IMG/VR virus record: IMGVR_UViG_3300006105_000046 | Location: 1-38,490 of that record | DNA length: 38,490 bases | Direction: 5' to 3' (one strand) | Source of the DNA: a virus | Taxonomy: Duplodnaviria; Caudoviricetes | Shown here: positions 1 to 6,514 of the stretch, one piece after another | Layout of the letters: each line of letters begins with the position of its first letter | Position numbering within the stretch: position 1 is the first letter of the stretch | Program-made: the position numbers and the translations under genes | Notes under the pieces: model-generated | Seen by the model: the letters and a program-made list of their open reading frames with translations, nothing else | Database searches by the model: none | What the model was told of the DNA's origin: nothing

Positions 1-2
1 AG

Positions 3-28
3 GGAATAAAAAATAGGGAACGTTTGTT
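3..28 (+). promoter_or_regulatory. SigH/SigR-type ECF promoter motif GGAAT-N18-GTT
   Basis: GGAAT at 3-7, 18-nt spacer, GTT(G) at 26-28. The same spacing occurs at two minus-strand sites (981-1006, 1916-1941). Confidence 0.55.
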
Positions 29-29
29 G

Positions 30-131
30 ATTTATGCCCTATTCCCAATGCCACAATGTTTGTGTTGACCCACCTCCCCATTCTCACCTTGGGGAATAGA
101 TATAGGCGCCCAAGGGGTAGGCGCCTAATCC
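30..131. repeat. Copy 1 of a repeated structured intergenic element (two hairpins plus ATGTTTGTGTTG)
   Basis: Hairpins TAGGCGCC..GGCGCCTA (~103-127) and TCCCCA..TGGGGA (~75-95); ATGTTTGTGTTG at 56-67. Same layout as 1100-1214. Confidence 0.65.
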
Positions 132-410
132 TTATTCGTAGTCGAACGATATCCAAGGCTCTAAGTGATGAGCCTCTACTATTGCGTAGGCTGGGGCTTG
201 AGGTTCTCCCCGCCAAGTAATCGGTTCAGGTAGATCGATTAGCGCGCCAGAGTCTCCTTCGTTGCACTTCTGGATAGCCTCTATGCAAGGTTCTACCATA
301 GACTTTGGTACTGGTGGATAATGATTACTCGTTAGATGAATCCCGATCTGATCATCTAGGGAGAGTTGTAACTCCCCACTAGATAGATCCTCTGCAAAAT
401 TGCGTCCCAT
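132..410 (-). CDS. Hypothetical phage protein (HxxxNHYPP motif)
   Basis: 92-aa ORF with an AGGGA RBS upstream, tightly packed with the neighbouring minus-strand genes. Confidence 0.8.
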   Translation of the reverse strand: MGRNFAEDLSSGELQLSLDDQIGIHLTSNHYPPVPKSMVEPCIEAIQKCNEGDSGALIDLPEPITWRGEPQAPAYAIVEAHHLEPWISFDYE

Positions 411-421
411 TGTGTTCCCTT

Positions 422-652
422 CTAGTTGTTGTCGTTAGGGTCGTACCAACCCTCGTTAGAATTTGATTCTTTGCACTTTGGGCAGATCCACTCGGCGTAC
501 CAAGTGACTTCACCCATAGATATGTATTCGGTAGTAGGGACTTCTCCCACCCAACCGCAAGCGCACTCTAATTCCTGAACGCTTTCAGCCTCGTCGTAGC
601 CTGCAATTTGAGGCTCGAATCCCGTTACCCCTGGAGGGTAGTTCCCGCTCAT
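422..652 (-). CDS. Small zinc-ribbon protein
   Basis: CxCG and CPxC pairs; ATGA overlap with the upstream gene. Confidence 0.75.
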   Translation of the reverse strand: MSGNYPPGVTGFEPQIAGYDEAESVQELECACGWVGEVPTTEYISMGEVTWYAEWICPKCKESNSNEGWYDPNDNN

Positions 653-939
653 ACTGACTCCTCCTCGAAGATAGAGTCGCGCTGAGCGTCATACTCTGCG
701 AGCGCCTTAGCCTCCTCATACTCACCGATAGCGTTAGATAGCGCGTCAATGATCTGATTAGCCTGAGCCCGCGTTAAGCGTAGGTTCTGGATAGCGTAGA
801 AAGATACTGAATTGCTCCCAGCCCAGCCACTAGCCTCCACACTTAAATATATGTCGGCGTCTAGTGGGTCTGCTACACGCACTTTAAAATCCTGCGCGTC
901 AGACACATCATAAGTGTTATTAGTATAAAATCTATCCAT
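649..939 (-). CDS. Hypothetical acidic phage protein
   Basis: 96-aa ORF with AGGGAG RBS, directly downstream of the ECF-type promoter. Confidence 0.75.
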   Translation of the reverse strand: MDRFYTNNTYDVSDAQDFKVRVADPLDADIYLSVEASGWAGSNSVSFYAIQNLRLTRAQANQIIDALSNAIGEYEEAKALAEYDAQRDSIFEEESV

Positions 940-980
940 TGTCTTGCTCCCTTGTAGTAGTAGTGGTCTTACACTTATAG

Positions 981-1033
981 AACAAATAGACCCCTCATAT
1001 TATTCCCTCGGCTAACTATCAGATAACTCTCAG
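981..1033 (-). promoter_or_regulatory. ECF-type promoter GGAAT-N18-GTT with adjacent TATCAG-N5-TCTCAG box
   Basis: Minus-strand GGAAT 1006-1002 and GTT 983-981 (18-nt spacer); plus-strand TATCAG 1017-1022 and TCTCAG 1028-1033. Confidence 0.7.
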
Positions 1034-1099
1034 GAATGAAGTGTTACTTGAGGGTTAGACGTTTTGCTCTCTTTTGTCTAATGTCTTTTATAGGGTTCA

Positions 1100-1214
1100 A
1101 TTTATTACGCCTTACCCGAATGCCGTTCATATGTTTGTGTTGGACTATGCCAAACCCACTTGCCTAGCCCTTGACAGGGCTAATAGATAGGGCGCGGTTT
1201 CCCGCGCCTACCTT
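1100..1214. repeat. Copy 2 of the repeated structured intergenic element
   Basis: Minus-strand hairpins GGCGCGG-GAAA-CCGCGCC and TAGCCCT-GTCA-AGGGCTA; ATGTTTGTGTTG at 1131-1142. Confidence 0.65.
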
Positions 1215-1310
1215 TTACTTCTTGAAGAATGCTATCGAGAAGCAGATCCCTGCTCCCAATAACATCGCTGTTATTGGGAGGCCGGAAACTAGGGGATTTA
1301 GGAGGCTCAT
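1215..1310 (-). CDS. 31-aa single-TM peptide (MSLLNPLVSGLPITAMLLGAGICFSIAFFKK)
   Basis: Translated by hand. Its ATG overlaps the sigma TGA stop (ATGA); hydrophobic stretch ending in KK; followed by a hairpin. Confidence 0.55.
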   Translation of the reverse strand: MSLLNPLVSGLPITAMLLGAGICFSIAFFKK

Positions 1311-1864
1311 ACTAGAGCCTCCTTCATTGACTTACGAGCGCGGGCTAGTCGGCTCATTACTGTGCCGACTTCGATCTTGAGGATTCCCGCGATTTCCTCA
1401 TATGAGTAGCCCTCAGCCTTGAGTAGGAGAATCTCGCGGTGAGCCTTTGAGATATTCTGCAAGGCGCTTGCCAATTCTGGAGAGTATCCACCAGAGAGGC
1501 TGGATAGATAGGCATTTTCCGCGCTTGCCTCAGAGAATCGAGAGTCCGACTTCACTTCGCTGTCCTCATCACTGGCGAGGACAGCGTCCTCCATAGTCGT
1601 ACCCTGCTCGAGCAATTCCTCAATAGGTGAGAATGAGATGCGATCTTCTGCGCGGTAATCGTTACGGAAAGTGTTACGGAGGATAGTTACTAGCCACCCG
1701 ACAAGATTACCCTCTGAGAATGAATCGCTTGCCTTGATCGCCTTTTCTGCCGTAGTCTGCACTAGGTCATTCGCCTTGTGAGAATCGCGTGTGAGATTAA
1801 ACGCCACCGAGTAGAGAGTGTCGTAATAATCAACTAGTGCCTGACCCATATCCTGCTTGTTCAT
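1307..1864 (-). CDS. ECF RNA polymerase sigma factor, SigH/SigR-like
   Basis: Region 2 (LYSVAFNLTRD..ANDLVQ..SF.EGNLVGWLVTILRNTF.N.YR) and region 4 (EGYSYEEIAGILKIEVGTVMSRLARAR). Start placed at ATG 1864, after the AAGGGA RBS. Confidence 0.92.
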   Translation of the reverse strand: MNKQDMGQALVDYYDTLYSVAFNLTRDSHKANDLVQTTAEKAIKASDSFSEGNLVGWLVTILRNTFRNDYRAEDRISFSPIEELLEQGTTMEDAVLASDEDSEVKSDSRFSEASAENAYLSSLSGGYSPELASALQNISKAHREILLLKAEGYSYEEIAGILKIEVGTVMSRLARARKSMKEALV

Positions 1865-1885
1865 ATTTTTTCCCTTGTTATTCGG

Positions 1886-1909
1886 GCTTGCCCTGTGCTT
1901 GCCCTGTGC
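1886..1909. repeat. 11-bp tandem repeat GCTTGCCCTGT x2 in the sigma gene leader
   Basis: Exact copies at 1886-1896 and 1897-1907; the minus strand reads GCACAG-N5-GCACAG. Confidence 0.7.
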
Positions 1910-1915
1910 CTGTAT

Positions 1916-1941
1916 AACGGACACTACACCCAATTTATTCC
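1916..1941 (-). promoter_or_regulatory. ECF-type promoter GGAAT-N18-GTT of the sigma gene
   Basis: Minus-strand GGAAT 1941-1937, 18-nt spacer, GTT 1918-1916. Confidence 0.75.
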
Positions 1942-2028
1942 CTGAGAGTTTCCTGAGAATGGACTATCAGCCGACTCTCAGGAAACTATCAGACACCCCC
2001 CAGGGTTAACTCAGCCAATTCTCAGGAA
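1942..2028. promoter_or_regulatory. Array of 11-bp-phased TCTCAG-like hexamers (protein-binding sites)
   Basis: CTGAGA at 1942 and 1953; TATCAG 1965, TCTCAG 1976, TATCAG 1987, CCCCAG 1998, ACTCAG 2009, TCTCAG 2020. Confidence 0.7.
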
Positions 2029-2191
2029 CGGCGCCAGATAAAATCCACAGGTATCACATATATGGGGGAGGCAGTAGCCTGCGGTAGTTACGAATAGAAT
2101 AGACGGGGAAGCAGAGTTAGCCGATTTGCGGGGAGTGGCGCGTTGTGTTAAAGAGGTTGCATAGGTTGCAAGGTTGCGCTAAGTTGCGGTA

Positions 2192-2419
2192 ATGAGAAAG
2201 TACCAAAAGATAACGCTAGAGATTGAGATCGTTGGGTTAACAGATAAAGAGATTACCCCTGAGCAGTTGACCAAGCTTGCTAGTCAGACTAGAAAGGGTC
2301 TTAAAGAGGCGCTTTATGGGGCAAAGATAAGTCATGGCGGTATATCGATGAGGACTATTGTCGATGAAGCTTCTTTATCTGAAGTCAATAAGATCCATAA
2401 AGAGCTCACTGGGAAGTAG
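2192..2419 (+). CDS. Hypothetical protein, probably leaderless
   Basis: 75-aa ORF; TAAGTT -10-like hexamer 6 nt before the ATG. Confidence 0.65.
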   Translation: MRKYQKITLEIEIVGLTDKEITPEQLTKLASQTRKGLKEALYGAKISHGGISMRTIVDEASLSEVNKIHKELTGK

Positions 2420-2424
2420 CGGTT

Positions 2425-2601
2425 ATGGAATTAGACCAGAATAGAGTCATTGCGAGAATGGGTAAGTGCTTTACTCCTGATTGCGAGGAGGACCCTGTGT
2501 GGTTTGCCTACTCCTGGTGGCGCTATTGTGATGAGCATGTCCCTGAGCGGGCGGCAAATCCCGATAAGACCTATGTCTACATCTGGCATACATTTGCTTG
2601 A
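2425..2601 (+). CDS. Hypothetical 58-aa protein (MELDQNRVIARMGKCFTPDC...YCDEH)
   Basis: Translated by hand; starts 5 nt after the previous stop; CxxxxC...CxxH pattern. Confidence 0.55.
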   Translation: MELDQNRVIARMGKCFTPDCEEDPVWFAYSWWRYCDEHVPERAANPDKTYVYIWHTFA

Positions 2602-2628
2602 CAGCCTTCATCGCGGGAATGCTAGACT
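2598..2628 (+). promoter_or_regulatory. Housekeeping-type promoter for a leaderless gene
   Basis: TTGACA 2598-2603 and extended -10 TGC-TAGACT 2620-2628, with ATG 6 nt later. The 19-nt spacer is long. Confidence 0.45.
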
Positions 2629-2634
2629 TCATCC

Positions 2635-2781
2635 ATGACTAGAGATGCAGATATGGACGCCTTCGAGACTATGCTTAGAGCCTCCATTGCGAAGGATGTG
2701 GCCTCATTCCTACGGGTTCACGAGGTCTATAACGATGAAGAGCTCTTAGAGATCATCTGGAGGAAAAATGGAGAAGTTTGA
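2635..2781 (+). CDS. Hypothetical 48-aa protein (MTRDADMDAFETMLRASIAK...)
   Basis: Translated by hand; leaderless start; overlaps the next small ORF. Confidence 0.55.
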   Translation: MTRDADMDAFETMLRASIAKDVASFLRVHEVYNDEELLEIIWRKNGEV

Positions 2782-2854
2782 GAGCTACCTGCCATATCTG
2801 CTAGTAGCGACAATCGCCGTTAGTGTTCTCGCGGTCTATATGGTCAACCGATGA
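2768..2854 (+). CDS. 28-aa membrane peptide (MEKFESYLPYLLVATIAVSVLAVYMVNR)
   Basis: GGAGG RBS, one hydrophobic helix, ATGA coupling to the next ORF. Confidence 0.55.
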   Translation: MEKFESYLPYLLVATIAVSVLAVYMVNR

Positions 2855-2958
2855 AGAAGCCTTGTTACTGGTGTCAGGGAACTGGCCTAATGCAATCTGA
2901 TGAAGAGTGCCCTTGTGCTACCAATAGATGTAAGTGTCAGTACTGCAAAGAATGTTAG
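2851..2958 (+). CDS. 35-aa Cys-rich peptide (8 Cys)
   Basis: MKKPCYWCQGTGLMQSDEECPCATNRCKCQYCKEC; overlaps both neighbours. Confidence 0.55.
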   Translation: MKKPCYWCQGTGLMQSDEECPCATNRCKCQYCKEC

Positions 2959-3131
2959 TCATAACCGCGGCCTTGGTCTGGTATGCAACCAAGATCTTCT
3001 ATACCCACAGCTTTACCATCAAATTAGCTGAGAGCGGCCTACATGAGGTGCAATGCAACCACTGCTCGAAAAAGCTCTTTGTTACCCCTGAGAATCTGCG
3101 GGTGCCATATTACTGTGTTCAATGTGGTTAG
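2952..3131 (+). CDS. Membrane-anchored zinc-ribbon protein
   Basis: Hydrophobic N-terminus from ATG 2952, then CxxC...CxxC. Confidence 0.55.
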   Translation: MLVITAALVWYATKIFYTHSFTIKLAESGLHEVQCNHCSKKLFVTPENLRVPYYCVQCG

Positions 3132-3267
3132 TAGCTAGGTGTACTAACCCTTTCTTCTCGGCGTACTTAACGTCGTCGGTGGTGTCGCTGACGTACTTAT
3201 CGCACTCTTCGCAATAAGCTTGCCAAACGGTAGGATCGACATCTACTGCCACAACATCTACAGCCAT
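3082..3267 (-). CDS. Small hypothetical protein (CxxC...H)
   Basis: 61-aa ORF with AAAGG upstream; overlaps the convergent ORF by 50 nt. Confidence 0.5.
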   Translation of the reverse strand: MAVDVVAVDVDPTVWQAYCEECDKYVSDTTDDVKYAEKKGLVHLATNHIEHSNMAPADSQG

Positions 3268-3309
3268 CTTTAACCTTTTTCTCTAAGTCTTTTACGAGAG
3301 AATACTAGC

Positions 3310-3819
3310 ATGTCATATGGCGACCTAAGTGAACACGAGCGCTCTAAGCGCGAAATCCGTACCCTTGCTGAAAGCCCTAACGAGGCTCAGTCCTTCATTG
3401 ATAGTACAAGGGACTTTGGGGGCGCCTCCATCAACCTTAACTCGATGAAGCTGGCCAAACCAGGCGAGAGTATGCACATTGTTGGCAAAGAAAAGTCTCA
3501 AAGAACCGGCCTACCAGTTGACACCGCATATGCTCCAGGACAGAACACGCTCACACCTCGTCAATTCTCTATGCACCTTAACCGCTTAAAGACTGAAACC
3601 AAAGATAAAAAGGCCATGATGGGTTCTTGGGTCGATAACAGCAGTAAGAAAAGCAGGGCTAAGGGCGTACAAGTTGATCTATCTACAGGTTACGCCCAAA
3701 AGAAACGCGCAGAAGATAAGATGATTGAGCGCGGAGAAGACGCAATCTGGAATATGAAGTCTATGCGCAATGTGCGCAATGAAGCAGTAAGAAAGCGCCG
3801 CGGACTCCCACCGCGTTAA
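3310..3819 (+). CDS. Hypothetical basic phage protein
   Basis: 169-aa ORF, first of a tightly packed plus-strand run. Confidence 0.8.
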   Translation: MSYGDLSEHERSKREIRTLAESPNEAQSFIDSTRDFGGASINLNSMKLAKPGESMHIVGKEKSQRTGLPVDTAYAPGQNTLTPRQFSMHLNRLKTETKDKKAMMGSWVDNSSKKSRAKGVQVDLSTGYAQKKRAEDKMIERGEDAIWNMKSMRNVRNEAVRKRRGLPPR

Positions 3820-3820
3820 T

Positions 3821-4045
3821 ATGCACTTCTCTACTTGGTTGTGGGAGCAGCTGGATCTTCCAGGGCGCGCAGGTGCTTTTGCCAAGATTTGCTGGGCGGA
3901 TGTTAATAACGGCTGTGGAAACCTACGATATAACGGTCACGAGTGGATACGCCACTTTGAAGAGAAGCATAAGGATAAAAAAGAAAAGCTAGCCGATATG
4001 CTTATACCTGTATACCTAGATTATCTAGAGGAGGTGCGCAAGTGA
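3821..4045 (+). CDS. Hypothetical protein, possibly YozE/SAM-like
   Basis: F..WL..Q......G.FA.....D pattern resembles YozE-like proteins. Confidence 0.6.
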   Translation: MHFSTWLWEQLDLPGRAGAFAKICWADVNNGCGNLRYNGHEWIRHFEEKHKDKKEKLADMLIPVYLDYLEEVRK

Positions 4046-4383
4046 ATCGCTCTGAAAGCCAGTGGCAACAGCTAGACATGTTTCGTCCAGCAAAAAACTT
4101 TAAAAATACCAGCAACATCGATGTTGAGTATGAGCACATGACTGACCCCTCTAAAGATAAAAATACTATAAAAAAAGAACACGCTGACTATAAGGTAGAC
4201 GCCGCAAAGAAGTCCGGTCTTTATGAGTCTATTAAAAACGACGGAGTTAAAAAGCCAGTTTTTATAGCACATTCAAAGAGGTTTGGTGAGATGGTATCTG
4301 ACGGAGGTCACAGAGTAGCTGCTGCTACAGACATTAATCCAAACATGTTAGTTCCAGTAGAGCATAGTGAGAACGTACCGTGA
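4042..4383 (+). CDS. ParB/sulfiredoxin N-terminal-like domain protein
   Basis: LYESIKNDGVKKPVFI...VSDGGHRVAAA motif. Confidence 0.75.
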   Translation: MNRSESQWQQLDMFRPAKNFKNTSNIDVEYEHMTDPSKDKNTIKKEHADYKVDAAKKSGLYESIKNDGVKKPVFIAHSKRFGEMVSDGGHRVAAATDINPNMLVPVEHSENVP

Positions 4384-4613
4384 AAGATCCAGCACTAGGA
4401 CGCACCCGAGCTGAACGCGCTTTAGGAGAGAATATGCCAGGCAAAAAGAAGTCTAAGAAAGAACTTATGCCTAAGCGCTCCCGCGTTAATGAGTTTCGAG
4501 TAGTACATAATGGACAATATGATGGCCCACGCGCCTCTTACGGCCGCTATAACGTATCTGAACAATCAGCAGATATCCTTAACCGCCAGAAGAGAAACAT
4601 GGATATGCGATGA
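4380..4613 (+). CDS. Hypothetical basic protein
   Basis: 77-aa ORF with GTGA/ATGA overlaps on both sides. Confidence 0.65.
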   Translation: MKDPALGRTRAERALGENMPGKKKSKKELMPKRSRVNEFRVVHNGQYDGPRASYGRYNVSEQSADILNRQKRNMDMR

Positions 4614-4786
4614 ACGATTACCTAATTAAGTCAGATGTATCTTCTCCAGTGCAGGTTGAATCAAAGCCAACTATGGGCGCTCCCGCACCAGATAACACAT
4701 CTCGCACAACAGAGTTAGAAAAGGGTATGGCCCCACAGACTAACACTCGTCAAAACACCCCAAGCTTTACACTTGGAACTTACTAG
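4610..4786 (+). CDS. Hypothetical 58-aa protein (MNDYLIKSDVSSPVQ...)
   Basis: Translated by hand; ATGA overlap; fills the gap to the next RBS. Confidence 0.55.
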   Translation: MNDYLIKSDVSSPVQVESKPTMGAPAPDNTSRTTELEKGMAPQTNTRQNTPSFTLGTY

Positions 4787-4794
4787 GAGATAAC

Positions 4795-5022
4795 ATGTCA
4801 TTTTTATTACCACTTGCAGAAGTAGCTGGGGAATCAGCCGCAGCAGGCGCAGGAGAAGCTGCAGCAAGTACAGAGTCTGGTGCGGCTGAGCAATCTCTTA
4901 CCCGTTCAGGCTCTTTTAACCAAGGTCAGCAAGACCATAACAATGCTGATAAAGAAAAACCTAGAGGAATATCTTTAACAATAGGAAGCTTATTTGGAAA
5001 GTCAGGAGAGACTAATGGCTAA
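4795..5022 (+). CDS. Hypothetical Ala/Glu-rich protein
   Basis: AGGAG RBS, 75 aa. Confidence 0.7.
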   Translation: MSFLLPLAEVAGESAAAGAGEAAASTESGAAEQSLTRSGSFNQGQQDHNNADKEKPRGISLTIGSLFGKSGETNG

Positions 5023-5284
5023 ATCACCAGCATGGACTCGTAAAGAGGGTCAAAACTCTAAGGGCGGACTTAACGCTAAGGGTCGCGCATCTGCTAAAGC
5101 AGAAGGTCATAACCTAAAGCCACCTGTTAAGAAAGCAGAAGCTAAAAAATCTCCTAAGTCCGCTGCGCGCCGTAAATCATTCTGCGCACGCATGGAAGGT
5201 ATGAAGTCTAAAAACACATCTTCTAAAACCGCTAAAGATCCTAACTCACGGATTAACAAGTCATTGAGAGCGTGGGACTGCTAA
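5015..5284 (+). CDS. Conserved basic phage protein (DUF6321-like)
   Basis: AWTRKEG..KGGLNAKGRAS...RRKSFCARM...DPNSRINKSLRAW.C; start at ATG 5015 after AGGAG. Confidence 0.8.
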   Translation: MAKSPAWTRKEGQNSKGGLNAKGRASAKAEGHNLKPPVKKAEAKKSPKSAARRKSFCARMEGMKSKNTSSKTAKDPNSRINKSLRAWDC

Positions 5285-5457
5285 TGAATAAAGATAAAGA
5301 TCAGTTTAAAGTAGATGGTGAACCACACGTTGTTGATAAGCACGGCAAGAAGTTTAAGGTTCATCACCCAAAGGGTGGCGGAACTTACACACTAGATGCT
5401 AAGAACCTATCTGAGGCTGAGCAGGCCGTACGAGATTGGCATAAGAACAATGGCTGA
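5284..5457 (+). CDS. Hypothetical protein (MNKDKDQF...)
   Basis: TAATG coupling with the previous gene. Confidence 0.65.
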   Translation: MNKDKDQFKVDGEPHVVDKHGKKFKVHHPKGGGTYTLDAKNLSEAEQAVRDWHKNNG

Positions 5458-5965
5458 AACAAAGACTTATTGCGGCACGGATACTGGTTATCAGTACCAC
5501 AAGCGCCGTAAAGAGCCTGCTTGTGAGCCTTGTTTAGAGGCCAGACGTAAAAAGTCAGCCGCCTATTATGCCGCCAATAAAGAGCAATGTACAAATACAT
5601 CTATAGAGTGGCAGCGTAGAAATCGTGATAAAACGGCTGTTTATTACAAAACATATGCCGAGAATCATAGAGACAAAAAGAGAGCAAAAGACCGCAAACG
5701 TAAAGCTATAAAAAAGATGGTGTCAACTGAGCTGTACACAGAAGCTCAAGTATTTGAGACGTACGGCACTAACTGTTACCTTTGTGATATGCCCATAGAT
5801 TTCGGTGCACCTAGCCGCGCTGGAATAGGTAGGTGGCGCTCTGGTTTTCATTTAGACCACTTTATCCCTATCTCTAAGGGTGGCTCTAATACACTAGAGA
5901 ATGTAAGGCCAAGCCATGCTTGGTGCAATATGTCTAAAACTAATAAGTTACTACAGGAGGCCTAA
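5450..5965 (+). CDS. HNH endonuclease
   Basis: CYLC...HLDHFIPISKGGSNTLENVRPSHAWCNMSK; N-terminal CGT..GY..H...E.AC..C zinc motif. Confidence 0.9.
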   Translation: MAETKTYCGTDTGYQYHKRRKEPACEPCLEARRKKSAAYYAANKEQCTNTSIEWQRRNRDKTAVYYKTYAENHRDKKRAKDRKRKAIKKMVSTELYTEAQVFETYGTNCYLCDMPIDFGAPSRAGIGRWRSGFHLDHFIPISKGGSNTLENVRPSHAWCNMSKTNKLLQEA

Positions 5966-5966
5966 T

Positions 5967-6260
5967 ATGTCAGAAGTTAAGAAGTTTGGGCCATACGATG
6001 GTAGCAAAGCCAACGGCGGAAGAAAGATTTACGTCTACAAGAAGAAAGTAGATGGTAAGTGGGTAACTACTTCTAAGAATAAAGCCCGCGCTGATTACGA
6101 ATCTACTAATGGCAAGATCAAGTCTAAGAACAAGACTGTTGATCACAAAGATAATAATCACAACAATGACTCTAAAGGTAACTTGCGCCTACTCGATAAA
6201 GGTAAGAATACTGCTAAAGAGAACAAGCGCCGCGCAGGTAAGAAAGAAAATGAGAAGTGA
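5967..6260 (+). CDS. HNH-like protein
   Basis: VDHKDNNHNNDSKGNLRLL...N; AGGAGG RBS before ATG 5967. Confidence 0.75.
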   Translation: MSEVKKFGPYDGSKANGGRKIYVYKKKVDGKWVTTSKNKARADYESTNGKIKSKNKTVDHKDNNHNNDSKGNLRLLDKGKNTAKENKRRAGKKENEK

Positions 6261-6514
6261 AATATTCTAAAAAGACTAAGTACCATGAGCAGTACCCTGC
6301 ACTTGGTTTTTGGGGACCAGGCACAGAGACTGTTAATCCGTCTTACTTAACTATTGGCGGCAGTGGTGTTGTAGGTAACTTTGGCGCAGAGTCACCTATG
6401 TCAGAAGCTAATGAGACTGCCTCACAAGAAGCTGCTGAAGGTGCTAGTATGAATTCTGGAAGCGGTGCTGCGGCAGGAGCAGCTCCCACGGCTGGTGGAA
6501 GCGGTGTTGCGTGA
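6257..6514 (+). CDS. Hypothetical low-complexity protein
   Basis: 85-aa ORF with GTGA overlaps. Confidence 0.65.
   Translation: MKYSKKTKYHEQYPALGFWGPGTETVNPSYLTIGGSGVVGNFGAESPMSEANETASQEAAEGASMNSGSGAAAGAAPTAGGSGVA

Noticed and set aside
1171-1380. Plus-strand 69-aa ORF
   Set aside because: Antisense to the sigma gene and to the 1310..1215 peptide, starts inside a hairpin, and has no RBS
1865-1933. 23-aa N-terminal extension of the sigma ORF in the supplied track
   Set aside because: It overlaps the promoter and leader; the RBS lies before ATG 1864
2450-2638. 62-aa ORF from the track
   Set aside because: The alternative frame 2425..2601 fits gene packing better and has a metal-ligand pattern
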